In this document: positions 25,875 to 35,805 of the stretch, piece after piece
How the letters are laid out: every line of letters starts with the position of its first letter
Numbering within the stretch: position 1 is the stretch's first letter
NCBI GenBank assembly: GCA_963667785.2
Contig: CAXXMU010000001.1
Location: 192,001-256,000, forward strand
DNA: 64,000 nt
Origin: Alphaproteobacteria bacterium
Lineage (GTDB): Bacteria; Pseudomonadota; Alphaproteobacteria; UBA828
Direction: 5' to 3'
Program-made: the position numbers and the translations under genes
The notes under the pieces: generated by a model
The model's database searches: none
What the model was told of the DNA's origin: nothing
What the model saw: the letters and a program-made list of their open reading frames with translations, nothing else

Positions 25875-26561
25875 ATGCCGCTCGATGACGAGGTCCGCAA
25901 GGCGCTCGACACCATCTTCTCCGGCGACGCCGGGCTCTACCGGACGCGCGGCTGGAACCAGCGCTCCGGCTTCGGCACGCGGCCGGCGCTTCTCAACATC
26001 GACCTCGCCAACGCCTGGACCCGCCCGGGCCACCGCTTCTCCTGCGAGGACATGGACGAGCGGATCATCCCCGGCGTGCAGCGCCTGCTCGCAGCCGCCC
26101 GGGCCAAGCGGGTGCCGATCGTCTACACCACCACCGCCTTCTGCAGCCGCTTCGACATGGGCGCCTTCCCGCTCAAGAAACCCTTCGAGGATCTCATGCT
26201 GGGGACGGAAGCGACCGAGATCGACGACCGCGTCGCGCCGGAAGAGGGCGTCGACACGCTGATCGTCAAGAAGCGGCCGAGCGCCTTCGCCGGCACCCAT
26301 CTCGGCGGCATCCTGCGCGCCGGCGGCATCGACACGCTGATCTGCACCGGCGTCACCATGGCGAGCTGCGTCCGGCACACGGTGGAGGATGCGCTTGGCG
26401 AGGGCTTCCGCACCGTGCTGGTGCGCGAGTGCGTCGGCGACCGCGTGCCCGCCGCGATCGAGTGGAACCTGTTCGACCTCGACATGAAGTATTGCGACGT
26501 CGAGCCGCTTGAGCGGGTGTTGGCCTACCTCGACGATCTGGAGCCCTTCGTCGACGGCTAG
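25875..26561 (+). CDS. Isochorismatase-family cysteine amidohydrolase
   Basis: NIDL, KKRPSAF and ASCV catalytic D-K-C. Confidence 0.88.
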   Translation: MPLDDEVRKALDTIFSGDAGLYRTRGWNQRSGFGTRPALLNIDLANAWTRPGHRFSCEDMDERIIPGVQRLLAAARAKRVPIVYTTTAFCSRFDMGAFPLKKPFEDLMLGTEATEIDDRVAPEEGVDTLIVKKRPSAFAGTHLGGILRAGGIDTLICTGVTMASCVRHTVEDALGEGFRTVLVRECVGDRVPAAIEWNLFDLDMKYCDVEPLERVLAYLDDLEPFVDG

Positions 26562-27238
26562 CCTTCCCCGCCCGTCAGCGGGACGAAGGCGACCGGCAGC
26601 ACGCGGCGTACCTCGGTGGTGCCGTCGGCGCGCTTGCCGATGCGCTGCAGGCTCTGGGTCCTCGCGGCCCGGCCCACGGGGATGACGAGGCGTCCGCCGG
26701 GCCCGAGCTGTGCCACCAGCGCGGGCGGCACCGAGGGCGCGGCGGCGGTGACGATGATGCCGTCGAAGGGGGCCCGCTCGGGCCAGCCGGCATGGCCGTC
26801 GCCGGTGCGTATGGCGGCGTCCGCATGCCCCAGTGCCGCGAGGCGTGCCGCCGCGGCCTCCGCCAGCGGCGCCACGATCTCGAGCGAGTGGACCGCAGCA
26901 CCGAGCGCGCAGAGGATCGCGGTCTGGTAGCCGCAGCCGGTGCCGACCTCGAGGATGCGCGCGCCCGGCTCGATGTCGAGCAGCTCGGTCATCAGCGCGA
27001 CGATGAAGGGCTGGGAGATGGTCTGCCTGTGGCCGATGGGGAGCGGCCGGTTCTCGTAGGCGAGCGCCCTATCCGCCTCGGCCACGAAGGCCTCGCGGGG
27101 GACGCTGCGCATGGCGTCCAGCACCGCCGCCGCGATCTCCGGCCGCCCGGTGAGCGCGCCGGTCTCCCGCGCATCGCGCGCGATCGCCTCCAGCATCGTG
27201 TCTGCGGTCGCGTGCCGTTCGGCCGGGCGGCGGAACAT
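26558..27238 (-). CDS. pcm: Protein-L-isoaspartate O-methyltransferase (copy 1)
   Basis: QTISQP, LEVGTGCGY, APFD.I.VTAA, FVPL. Confidence 0.9.
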   Translation of the reverse strand: MFRRPAERHATADTMLEAIARDARETGALTGRPEIAAAVLDAMRSVPREAFVAEADRALAYENRPLPIGHRQTISQPFIVALMTELLDIEPGARILEVGTGCGYQTAILCALGAAVHSLEIVAPLAEAAAARLAALGHADAAIRTGDGHAGWPERAPFDGIIVTAAAPSVPPALVAQLGPGGRLVIPVGRAARTQSLQRIGKRADGTTEVRRVLPVAFVPLTGGEG

Positions 27239-27366
27239 CGTCCGGGTGCGCTCCTCGCGGCGAGGATGGCACAGTCGCGCCCGGCCCGCCATGCGCGGGC
27301 GCGCCCGCCGTGCTAAACCCCCGGCGCAGACGGCGCGCTGCCCGGTTCCGACGAGCGACGGCGAGC

Positions 27367-28704
27367 ATGAGCAAGCGGCAGATGGTCCTGGTGGGCTTCC
27401 TCCAGGCGCAGAACTGTTCCAACTACCCCGCGTCCTGGCGTCACCCGGAATCCGCCTCCGACTTCCTCAGCGCCGACTACTACCAGCGGATCGCGCGCAT
27501 CCTCGAGGCCGGCAAGTTCCACATCGCCTTCTTCGACGACCGCCTGGCCCTACCCGACATCTATGGCGGCGACCACGCCGAGGCGGTGCGCCACGGCGTG
27601 CGGGTGGTCAAGATGGACCCGCTCCCGGTGCTGACGATGATGGGGGCGGCGACGGCGCGGCTCGGGCTGGGCGCCACCTGCTCGACCACCTACTACCAGC
27701 CGTTCCACGTGGCGCGCATGTTCTCCACCCTCGATCACATGAGCGGCGGCCGCGCGGCCTGGAACGTGGTGACCTCGCTCAACGATTCCGAGGCCGCCAA
27801 CTATGGCGCCGACAGCGTGATCGAGCACAACGAGCGCTACGACCGCGCCGACGAGTTCATGGAGGTGGTGCTCGGCCACTGGGATGCGTGGGACGAGCAC
27901 GCGATCGTCCTCGACAAGGAGCGTGGCCTCTTCGCCGAGCCTTCAGCCGTGCGCAGGCTGGACCACGAGGGCCGCTTCCTCCGCTCGCGCGGGCCCTTCA
28001 CGGTGCCGCGCACGCCGCAGGGGCGCCCCATCGTCATTCAGGCGGGGCAGAGCGGGCGCGGGCGGCAGTTCGCCGCGCGCTGGGCCGACGTGATCTTCGC
28101 GATCTATCCGACCCTCGAGTTCGGCCAAAAGGCCTATGCCGCGACCCGCGAGGCCGCCGCCGAGGCCGGACGCGGGACAGACTCCTTCCGGCTCACGCCG
28201 GCGATCTACGTCACGGTGGCCGAGAGCCAGGCGGAGGCAGACGAGAAGGCCGCCTTCATCGCCGGGCTCGCGCGCCCGATCGACACGCTGGCGCTGCTTT
28301 CCGAGGCGCTCAACTACGACTTCGCGGCCAAGCCGCCGGATGAGCCCTTCAGCGACGAGGAGATGGCCTCGATCAGCGGCCTCCAGGCGATCCGCGACAG
28401 GGTGGTGACGCTGAGCGGCAATCCGCACCCGACCGTCGAGGACTTCGTCACCTACAGCCGGCGCGGCACGGTGGGCGAGATGCCCCACTTCGTCGGCACG
28501 CCGGCGGGCGTCGCCGACCAGATGGCGGCATGGTTCGAGGGCGGGGCCTGCGACGGCTTCGTGCTCGCCGCCACGCACATGCCGGGCGCCTACGAGGATG
28601 TCGTGCGCCTCGTGGTGCCCGAGCTACAGCGACGTGGGCTTTTCCACGAGGACTATGCCGGCCCGACGCTCAGGGAGAACCTCGGCCTGCCGCCCGCGCC
28701 GTAA
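27367..28704 (+). CDS. NtaA/DszA-family FMN-dependent monooxygenase
   Basis: SWRHP, GRAAWNVVTS, RYDRADEF, QAGQS, TLRENLGL. Confidence 0.9.
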   Translation: MSKRQMVLVGFLQAQNCSNYPASWRHPESASDFLSADYYQRIARILEAGKFHIAFFDDRLALPDIYGGDHAEAVRHGVRVVKMDPLPVLTMMGAATARLGLGATCSTTYYQPFHVARMFSTLDHMSGGRAAWNVVTSLNDSEAANYGADSVIEHNERYDRADEFMEVVLGHWDAWDEHAIVLDKERGLFAEPSAVRRLDHEGRFLRSRGPFTVPRTPQGRPIVIQAGQSGRGRQFAARWADVIFAIYPTLEFGQKAYAATREAAAEAGRGTDSFRLTPAIYVTVAESQAEADEKAAFIAGLARPIDTLALLSEALNYDFAAKPPDEPFSDEEMASISGLQAIRDRVVTLSGNPHPTVEDFVTYSRRGTVGEMPHFVGTPAGVADQMAAWFEGGACDGFVLAATHMPGAYEDVVRLVVPELQRRGLFHEDYAGPTLRENLGLPPAP

Positions 28705-28737
28705 GGGGAGCGGGGCGGGGTTCCGCTCAGCCCGTGG

Positions 28738-29607
28738 TCAGCACTTGAGGATCGGGCGGGCGGGCTTGCCGGCGATCGCGGGCCTGAGCGCGGACCAGGC
28801 GTTGAACAGTGCCTCGTGGGCCTGCCACGTCTCCTGGCTCAGGACGCGGACGATCACCAGTTGGCCGATGCGGGTGACGCCGGCCTCGGTGCCGTCGACA
28901 CCCGCGATCGCCTCGTGCACCTCATCCTCGACGCCGGGCGCGAGGTCCGGCGCGTAGGCAAAGGCGGTCGCCATGTGCAGCCGGCCGAGCCAGAGCCGCT
29001 CCAGCGCCGCGATGGTCTCGGGCTCGGTCGCGACCAGGCGGTCGAGGGCGACCGGGCGGCCGTCGACGGCGATGCGGAACTCCGAGACCAGATGGTGGAA
29101 GCGGAAGACCTCGCCGTCGCCGTAGTGCACGCGGCCGGCCGAGACCATGTCGGTGGCGAAGAGTCGCGAGGACGGCGCCAGCTCGATCCGGTTGAGCCGG
29201 TGCACGCGGCTGCGGGCGAAGGGGATCGCCTCGTCCGGGCAGAACTCCAGCAGCGCGCCTTCGCCCACGTGAAGGTCGACGATCTCGCGCGAGACGGCGC
29301 CGCCGGGGCACTTGTAGAACTTGCTCGACGCCGTGGTGGTGAAGAGCGCGCGGGTGCCCGGCTCCAGCACCGCATGGAAGTGCGAGACGTCGCCCTCGAC
29401 GAAGCCGCCGCCGCTGTTGACCAGCAGCATGAACGGCTGGTCGTCGTGATCCTGGTAGTGGTAGCCCTGCCACTGGAAGGGGATGCGCCAGCTGTGGGGG
29501 TCGATCTCCGTGCGCCCCAGGCGGGCCTGGGCGCGCACGTTCATCAGCGCGTACTTGCCGACGATCCACTCCGGATCAGGCAGTACCGGCGCGCCGCTCG
29601 GCTCCAC
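28738..29607 (-). CDS. ureD: Urease accessory protein UreD
   Basis: [26 protein letters not shown]; operon context. Confidence 0.85.
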   Translation of the reverse strand: MEPSGAPVLPDPEWIVGKYALMNVRAQARLGRTEIDPHSWRIPFQWQGYHYQDHDDQPFMLLVNSGGGFVEGDVSHFHAVLEPGTRALFTTTASSKFYKCPGGAVSREIVDLHVGEGALLEFCPDEAIPFARSRVHRLNRIELAPSSRLFATDMVSAGRVHYGDGEVFRFHHLVSEFRIAVDGRPVALDRLVATEPETIAALERLWLGRLHMATAFAYAPDLAPGVEDEVHEAIAGVDGTEAGVTRIGQLVIVRVLSQETWQAHEALFNAWSALRPAIAGKPARPILKC

Positions 29608-30220
29608 CGTGGCCTTCCATCAGGAGAACGTCGCGCTCGATCCAGCCGATCACGTCTGCCAGCCCCTCGCCGGCGCGCAGGTTGGTGAAGAGGAAGGGCC
29701 GCTCGCCCCGCATCCTCTTCGAATCGCGCTCCATCACGCCGAGGTCCGCGCCCACCATCGGCGCGAGGTCGATCTTGTTGATGACGAGCAGCGGCGACTT
29801 GGTGATGCCTGGCCCCCCCTTGCGCGGGATCTTGTCGCCCTCGGCCACGTCGATCACGTAGATGTAGCTGTCCACCAGCTCCGGGCTGAAGGTTGCCGCC
29901 AGGTTGTCGCCCCCGCTCTCGACGAAGACGATGTCGAGGTCGGGATGCAGCGCCGCCATCTCCTCGATGGCATGGGCGTTCATGGAGACGTCCTCGCGGA
30001 TGGCGGTGTGCGGGCAGCCGCCCGTCTCCACGCCCGCCACGCGCTCGGGCGCGATGGCGCCGCTCCTGACGACGAACTCGGCGTCCTCCTTGGTGTAGAT
30101 GTCGTTGGTGATGGCGGCCAGCGAATGGTGCTCGCCCATGCTGCGGCAGAGCGACACCAGAAGCGCCGTCTTGCCCGATCCCACCGGCCCGCCGATGCCG
30201 ATCCTCACCGGCTTGCGCAT
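29576..30220 (-). CDS. ureG: Urease accessory GTPase UreG
   Basis: [24 protein letters not shown]. Confidence 0.96.
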   Translation of the reverse strand: MRKPVRIGIGGPVGSGKTALLVSLCRSMGEHHSLAAITNDIYTKEDAEFVVRSGAIAPERVAGVETGGCPHTAIREDVSMNAHAIEEMAALHPDLDIVFVESGGDNLAATFSPELVDSYIYVIDVAEGDKIPRKGGPGITKSPLLVINKIDLAPMVGADLGVMERDSKRMRGERPFLFTNLRAGEGLADVIGWIERDVLLMEGHGGAERRAGTA

Positions 30221-30256
30221 TCCGCGATCCTCCTCGCTCGTCCCGTGTCTAACCTA

Positions 30257-30955
30257 TCATGACATGCAGAGCCGCGTGTGCAGGCGCTCGTGCCGCATGC
30301 TGGCGACGTCGAGGCCGGCGGTCGCGCTGCCGAGCGCGTCCAGCTCCATGGCGCAGGCCGCGTCCGCCCCTTCCGTGAGCAGCGGCCAGGCCTCGCGGAT
30401 GATCCTCTGGCTCTCGATCTGGCCGAGCGGGATCAGCCGCGCGCCGACGCCGACGAGGTTGGAGAGGCCAGCGTGCAGGAAGGCGAGGGTTGCCTCGCCG
30501 ACGGCGATGCCCTGCGCCTCGGCGGCTGCGCCGAAGATCACGGCCTGATGCCCTTCGCAGCGCCGCTCGCGCACCGCGTCCGCGAAGGGCGCGAGCGGAT
30601 CGGCCGAGAAGACGTCGCGATAGGCGCCCAGCAGGGCGCGGCCGGTCTTGAACGAGGCCTCGCGCGATTCCCGGCTGAGCTTGAGCGCGCCGACGACACG
30701 GTCGAGTTCCACCAGCGCGTCGAGGTCGCCTGCCACAGCGAGACGATGAGCGTGGGCGACGGCGGCGCCATCCGTCGGCGCGGCGCCGTAGCGGAGCCAG
30801 TCCCGGCAGGCGCTCTCGAAGCGCGCGCCGTCGTCGAGCGTGCCCGCGTCGATCCAGGTCTCGAAGCCGTAGGAGTGGTTGAACGCGCCTGTGGGGAACG
30901 AGGCGTTCGCGACCTGCAGCAGGTAGAGCAGCCGGTCGGGCGCGTCAGTGGTCAT
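30257..30955 (-). CDS. ureF: Urease accessory protein UreF
   Basis: FPTGAFNHSYGFE; HERLHTRLCMS tail. Confidence 0.92.
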   Translation of the reverse strand: MTTDAPDRLLYLLQVANASFPTGAFNHSYGFETWIDAGTLDDGARFESACRDWLRYGAAPTDGAAVAHAHRLAVAGDLDALVELDRVVGALKLSRESREASFKTGRALLGAYRDVFSADPLAPFADAVRERRCEGHQAVIFGAAAEAQGIAVGEATLAFLHAGLSNLVGVGARLIPLGQIESQRIIREAWPLLTEGADAACAMELDALGSATAGLDVASMRHERLHTRLCMS

Positions 30956-31427
30956 GGTGATGGTCGTGGTGATCGTGATGGTGGTGCGCGCCGTGGGCGC
31001 CGAAGCGCCGGCCGACGAAGGGCATGGTGCGCTCCTCGAAGGCGATGCCGAGGCGCGTGAGCAGGTCGGCCACCATGGGATCGGCCGGCGTCAGCATGCC
31101 GGCCTCGGTGAAGCGGACGGGCCTGTGCAGGTTGCCGAGCTGGTAGCCCGCGACGCCCCAGGTGAAGGCGTCGTCGGGGCTGACGACATAGAGCGCCTCC
31201 GGCGCCGCGCGGGCCACCACGGCGGTGGTGCCGTCGAGCGCCAGCACGTCGCCGTCGTTGATCTCGGTGCCGCGCGGCAGCGAGATGCGCACGGCGCGGC
31301 CGCCCTCCGAACGCGCGGCCAGGTGGGCGCTTGCGCGCTCCTCCGAGTTCAGCAGGATCGGGTCCTCGCTCGCGATGCGCCCGCGCATGCTGTCCACGGT
31401 GCCGAGCACCGCCGTGACGATCGCCAT
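30945..31427 (-). CDS. ureE: Urease Ni chaperone UreE
   Basis: LGNLH motif and His-rich C-terminus. Confidence 0.9.
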   Translation of the reverse strand: MAIVTAVLGTVDSMRGRIASEDPILLNSEERASAHLAARSEGGRAVRISLPRGTEINDGDVLALDGTTAVVARAAPEALYVVSPDDAFTWGVAGYQLGNLHRPVRFTEAGMLTPADPMVADLLTRLGIAFEERTMPFVGRRFGAHGAHHHHDHHDHHHDH

Positions 31428-31451
31428 GCGCGCTAAGGCCCGCCGGGCCCC

Positions 31452-33158
31452 CTAGCGGAAGTAGAAGAGCTGGGTCAGCGGCAGGGTCTTGGCCGGCTTC
31501 ACCGTGATGCGCTCGCCATCGACGTAGACGTTGTAGGTCTCGGGGTCGATCTCGATGTCGGGCAGCGCGTCGTTGTGGATCATGTCGCGCTTGGAGATGG
31601 TGCGGCAGCGCTTCACCGGCTTGAGCTGCTGGGTCTCGATCCGGTTCGCGAGCCCGTTGTCGAGCGCGGCCTTGGTCACGAACGAGTAGCTCGTCCGCTT
31701 CGGGTTCACGCCGAGGGAGCCGTACTGCGGGCGGTACTTGAGCGGCTGCCCGGTCATCAGCGAGCCGGCGGGATCGCCCATGACCGCGTGCGAGATGAAG
31801 CCGCCCTTCAGCGTCACCTCGGGCTTGGCGATGAAGAACTCCGGCCGCCAGAAGACGAGATCCGCGAGCTTGCCCGGCGTGATCGAGCCCACGTAGGAAT
31901 CGACGCCGAAGCAGATCGACGGGTTGATCGTCACCTTGGCGAGGTAGCGCTTGATCCGGAAGTTGTCGTTGCCGGTGCCGTCCTCGGAGAGACGGCCGAA
32001 GCGCACCTTGTTGACGGCGGCGAGCTGGAAGGAGCGCTGCGCGCTCTCGGCCGCGCGGCCCACGCCCTGGCTGTCGGAGCCGATCATGCTGATGGCGCCC
32101 ATGTCGTGCAGCACGTCCTCGGCCCGCATGGTCTCGGCCCGGGCACGGCCCTGGATGAAGGCGATGTCCGTCGGCACGCTCTTGTTCAGGTTGTGGCAGG
32201 TGATCAACATGTCGATCTCTTCGTCGTACGTGTTGATCGAGAACGGGTTGGTGGGGTTGGTCGAGCTCGGCAGCAGGTTCGGCTCGCCGCAGACCCGCAT
32301 CATGTCGGGCGCGTTGCCGCCGCCGGCGCCCTCGCAGTGATAGATGTGCATGACGCGGCCGTTGATGGCGGCGATCGTGTCCTCGTAGTAGCCGGTCTCG
32401 TTCAGCGTGTCGGCGTGGATCTGGACCTGGAAGTCGTACTCGTCGGCGAGCTCCATGGTGGTCTCGATGGCGGCCGGCGAGGACGACCAGTCCTCGTGGA
32501 TCTTGAGCCCCGTGGCGCCGGCCAGGATCTGCTCCACCAGCGAGCCCGGCGTCGCCGCGTTGCCCTTGCCGAAGTTGCCGAAGTTGAGCGGGATGTCGGC
32601 CATCGCCTCCAGCATGCGCTGGATGTTGAAGACGCCGGGGCATTCGATGCCCACCGTCTTCGGCCCCGAGCCGCCGCCGATCACCGTGGTGAAGCCCGCG
32701 TTCTGATACTCGTAGAGCTGCTGCACGGAATCGAAGTGGGGGTGGATGTCGACGAAGCCCGGCGTGCAGATCATCCCCTCCACCGAGAGGATGTCGGTGT
32801 TGGGCGAGACGATCAGCCCCGGCGTGATGTTCATGGTGTCGGGGTTGCCGGACTTGCCGACGCCGACGATCTCGCCGTCCAGCACGCCGATGTCGCCCTT
32901 CACGACGCCGAGGACGGGGTCGATGATCACGGCGTTGGTGATCACCATGTCGAGCCCGCCGTCACTCTGCTTCCACTTCGACGCCTGGCCCATGCCGTCG
33001 CGGATGGTCTTGCCGCCGCCGAAGACGAGCTCGTCGCCGTAGGTGGTGTAGTCGTGCTCGATCTCGGCCACGAGGCCGGTGTCGGCGAGGTGGATCCTGT
33101 CTCCGGTGGTCGGCCCGTACTGCGCGGCGTAGTCCGGGCGGGCGATCTTCGTGCTCAT
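31452..33158 (-). CDS. ureC: Urease alpha subunit, divergent clade
   Basis: YGPTTGD, DIHPH, GLKIHED, HADTLNE, HIYH, SDSQ; pocket residues altered. Confidence 0.9.
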   Translation of the reverse strand: MSTKIARPDYAAQYGPTTGDRIHLADTGLVAEIEHDYTTYGDELVFGGGKTIRDGMGQASKWKQSDGGLDMVITNAVIIDPVLGVVKGDIGVLDGEIVGVGKSGNPDTMNITPGLIVSPNTDILSVEGMICTPGFVDIHPHFDSVQQLYEYQNAGFTTVIGGGSGPKTVGIECPGVFNIQRMLEAMADIPLNFGNFGKGNAATPGSLVEQILAGATGLKIHEDWSSSPAAIETTMELADEYDFQVQIHADTLNETGYYEDTIAAINGRVMHIYHCEGAGGGNAPDMMRVCGEPNLLPSSTNPTNPFSINTYDEEIDMLITCHNLNKSVPTDIAFIQGRARAETMRAEDVLHDMGAISMIGSDSQGVGRAAESAQRSFQLAAVNKVRFGRLSEDGTGNDNFRIKRYLAKVTINPSICFGVDSYVGSITPGKLADLVFWRPEFFIAKPEVTLKGGFISHAVMGDPAGSLMTGQPLKYRPQYGSLGVNPKRTSYSFVTKAALDNGLANRIETQQLKPVKRCRTISKRDMIHNDALPDIEIDPETYNVYVDGERITVKPAKTLPLTQLFYFR

Positions 33159-33228
33159 GCTCTGCTTCCCTGCTCCTGGCCCCGCTCCCGGCGCGGCCGG
33201 CGCCCCTTCGTCGTTCCTGCCTCGCGCG

Positions 33229-33738
33229 TCAGTCGCCGTCCGAGCCTGCGCCGAACTTCTCGTCGGGCGGCGTCTCGATCGGATAGCGCTCGCCCTCGAA
33301 GCAGTAGCCCTCGGCCCTGAGGCGGCGCATGGTCTGCTCCTTGATGATGCCGGAGCGGACCGAGCCGTTGGTCATGTTGTTCATGCCGTAGGCGACCTGG
33401 CGGCCGACGTAGCCGGTGATCCTCACCTTGCGGCTCTGGCCCGGCTCGAAGCGCACGGCGCTGCCGGAAGGCACGTCGAGGCGCATGCCGAAGGCCGCCG
33501 CCCGGTCGAAGGCCATCGCCTTGTTGCACTCGGCGAGGTGGTAGTGGGCGCCGATCTGGATCGGCCGGTCGCCGGTGTTGACCATGACGATCTCCAGCGA
33601 CGGCCGGTCGGCGTTGATCTCGATGTCGCCGTCGGCGAAATCGATCGCGCCGCACCTCTCCGGCTCGCCCACCTCGAACGCCTCGTCCGGCACGACCGAG
33701 TCCGGCAGCGGCGGCGGGCTCCATTTCTTCCTGGCCAT
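33229..33738 (-). CDS. ureB: Urease beta subunit
   Basis: NTGDRPIQIG.HYH..E.N; GMRLDVPSGSAVRFEPG. Confidence 0.93.
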   Translation of the reverse strand: MARKKWSPPPLPDSVVPDEAFEVGEPERCGAIDFADGDIEINADRPSLEIVMVNTGDRPIQIGAHYHLAECNKAMAFDRAAAFGMRLDVPSGSAVRFEPGQSRKVRITGYVGRQVAYGMNNMTNGSVRSGIIKEQTMRRLRAEGYCFEGERYPIETPPDEKFGAGSDGD

Positions 33739-33763
33739 CGGCCTTCTCCTCCCTCGGTCCGCG

Positions 33764-34075
33764 CTAGTCGCGGATCGGGTTCATGACCGTGACGAGCTTC
33801 GTCCCGTCCGGGAACAGCGCCTCGACCTGGACGATCTTCATCATCTCGGGCACCCCGGTCATCACGTCGTCCCGTTTCAGGATCGTCGCGCCGTATTCCA
33901 TCATGTCGGTCAGCATGGGGATGCTGCCTTCGCGCGCGCGCTCGAGGATCTCGTCGCAGATCAGCGCGATCGCCTCCGGGTAGTTCAGCTTGATGCCGCG
34001 ATCGAGACGCCGCCGCGCCATTTCGGCGGCGGCCCAGATCTGGATGCGTTCCTCTTCCCGTACAGTGAGATGCAT
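33764..34075 (-). CDS. ureA: Urease gamma subunit
   Basis: MHLT.RE, LNYPEA, FPDGTKLVTV. Confidence 0.95.
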   Translation of the reverse strand: MHLTVREEERIQIWAAAEMARRRLDRGIKLNYPEAIALICDEILERAREGSIPMLTDMMEYGATILKRDDVMTGVPEMMKIVQVEALFPDGTKLVTVMNPIRD

Positions 34076-34175
34076 GTGCCCCCACTCCCTCTAGCTCGCG
34101 ACACGCCTGAAAACCGGGCGACGGCCCAATTCCATACTACAGGGCGCGACTCCGGGCCACCCCGCGTGCCCGCGC

Positions 34176-34835
34176 TCAGTCGATCTCGTCTTCCGGCACG
34201 ATCCAGGGCTCCTGCAGGGCCGCGTCGCGCCACTCGATGAAGGCCGGCAGGCTAAGCACGGCGCGGCTGTAGGCGTCGCAGGTCTCGTCGAGGTCGACGC
34301 CGTAGGTCTCGAGCCGGGTGACCACCGGCGCGTACATGGCGTCGGCCGCGCCGAAGGCGCCGAACAGGAAGTCGCCGCCGGCGCCCCAGCGGGCCCGGCA
34401 CTCGCGCCAGATCGCGCAGATGCGGGCGATGTCGTCGTCGACCCCCGGCCCGCGGCCCTTCCCCTTGAGATCGAGGCGGCGCAGGTTCATGGGCATGTGG
34501 TTGCGAAGGGCGCCGAAGCCCGCGTGCATCTCGTGGGCGACGGCGCGGGCCGCGGCGCGCGCGTCGCGATCCTCGGGCCAGAGGCCGGCGTCCGGGAACA
34601 GCTCGTTTGCGTACTCGATGATCGCGAGCGTCTCCCACACGGTGCGCTCGCCGTGCAGCAGCACAGGCACGCGCCCGGAGGGCGAGACGGCGGCGATCGC
34701 CTCCTTCCAGTTCTCGTCGAAGAGCAGGAGCAGGCGCTCGTCGAAGGGGATTCCGGCGTGGCGCAGCGCAAGCCAGGGCCTGAGCGACCAGGACGAGTAG
34801 TTTTTGTTGCCGATGACCAGGGTGAAGTCGCTCAT
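34176..34835 (-). CDS. Glutathione S-transferase family protein
   Basis: NKNYSSWSLRPW, GRVPVL, ADAMYAPV. Confidence 0.92.
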   Translation of the reverse strand: MSDFTLVIGNKNYSSWSLRPWLALRHAGIPFDERLLLLFDENWKEAIAAVSPSGRVPVLLHGERTVWETLAIIEYANELFPDAGLWPEDRDARAAARAVAHEMHAGFGALRNHMPMNLRRLDLKGKGRGPGVDDDIARICAIWRECRARWGAGGDFLFGAFGAADAMYAPVVTRLETYGVDLDETCDAYSRAVLSLPAFIEWRDAALQEPWIVPEDEID

Positions 34836-34957
34836 GGCGATCCGCGCGCACGCTCCGCATTGCTTTGTGCGGCCGGACTATAGCGCCGCCCTCCGCACCG
34901 GCAATGCGCTCGCGCGGATCGCGCCGGGTCGGGCCAGCGGCGTGCCGCCTGCGCCGT

Positions 34958-35016
34958 GTGCACCGCACCATGGTGCGGTGCACGGCGCGGAGCGCCTGCG
35001 CCAGACTCGCGCCATG
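34958..35016 (+). promoter_or_regulatory. Orphan phage-type late promoter: palindrome GTGCACCGCACCATGGTGCGGTGCAC, 18 nt, CAGACT, 6 nt, ATG
   Basis: 26-bp perfect palindrome, 20/26 identical to 76-101 with symmetric substitutions; same spacing and same -10 hexamer. Confidence 0.6.
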
Positions 35017-35084
35017 CGGTGCGTGAGAGAGCGGGGCAGTGAAGACGGGGCGACGGGAGACGCCCGGCGCCACCTCGCGGTCGC

Positions 35085-35350
35085 GGGATTCATCCCGGAA
35101 ACCCGCCCGGATATCCCGGCGGAATCCCACCTTCTTCGGAAAATGTCCCGCGCTGAATCCCTCGTCATCCCGGCGAATCCCGCATGCCCCCCCCCTTTCT
35201 GGCGAATCCCACTTTCGCCCCCCGTCCGGGTCTGCCGCGCGCACATCGGCGCCGAGCCGCCGTTCGCCCCTCCTTTGTGCCGCTTCGTGCCGCTTTGTCC
35301 CGGGACATCCCGCATAGAAAACGAGAGGGGGGTGTGCCACTTTGCGCCCC
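35085..35350. repeat. Arrays of (A/G)TCCC and 10-bp tandem units resembling transposable-phage ends
   Basis: ATCCC at 35092, 35113, 35124, 35157, 35167, 35177, 35206, 35307; tandem TTTGTGCCGC/TTCGTGCCGC/TTTGTCCCGG/GACATCCCGC at 35274-35313. Confidence 0.6.
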
Positions 35351-35391
35351 CGCCGCCTGGCCGCCCGGCGCGCCGGCAGCGCGGCAGGGGG

Positions 35392-35805
35392 CTAGCGGGT
35401 GGCGTCGATGGTCTGAACGTGGCCGCCCGCGGCGTAGGAGAGGATGGCGAAATCGGCGGTCAGCAGCGGTGCGCCGCATTGGCGGGCGGTGGCGACGAGG
35501 AGGCGGTCGGCGGGATCGGCCCGCAGCGCCCCCGGCAGCCGCGCGCTGTCGGTGGCGATGGCGGGGTCGATGGGCAGCAGCCTGATGCCCGGCAGAGCGA
35601 GCGCCGCCCGAATCCAGGCGCCGGCCTCCTGTGCCAGGCGAAGGCGCCCGCTCTCGGCCAGCAGCGCGATCTCCCACGGCGTGATGGCGGAAATACCAAT
35701 GTCGTCCGTCTCTCCCGCCGCGGTGATCGCCGCGCGCGCCTCGGCGCCGAGCCGCCGTTCGTCGTTGACGGCCCAGACCAGCACGTGGGTGTCCAGAACG
35801 ATCAC
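35392..35805 (-). CDS. vapC: VapC-family PIN toxin
   Basis: VLDTHVLVW, SAITPWEI, DPADR, LLTAD. Confidence 0.92.
   Translation of the reverse strand: MIVLDTHVLVWAVNDERRLGAEARAAITAAGETDDIGISAITPWEIALLAESGRLRLAQEAGAWIRAALALPGIRLLPIDPAIATDSARLPGALRADPADRLLVATARQCGAPLLTADFAILSYAAGGHVQTIDATR

Noticed and set aside
35085-35350. CRISPR array, or protein-coding ORF 34804-35859
   Set aside because: Repeats are 5-10 bp with no unique spacers; the ORF is low-complexity and overlaps gst and vapC in antisense
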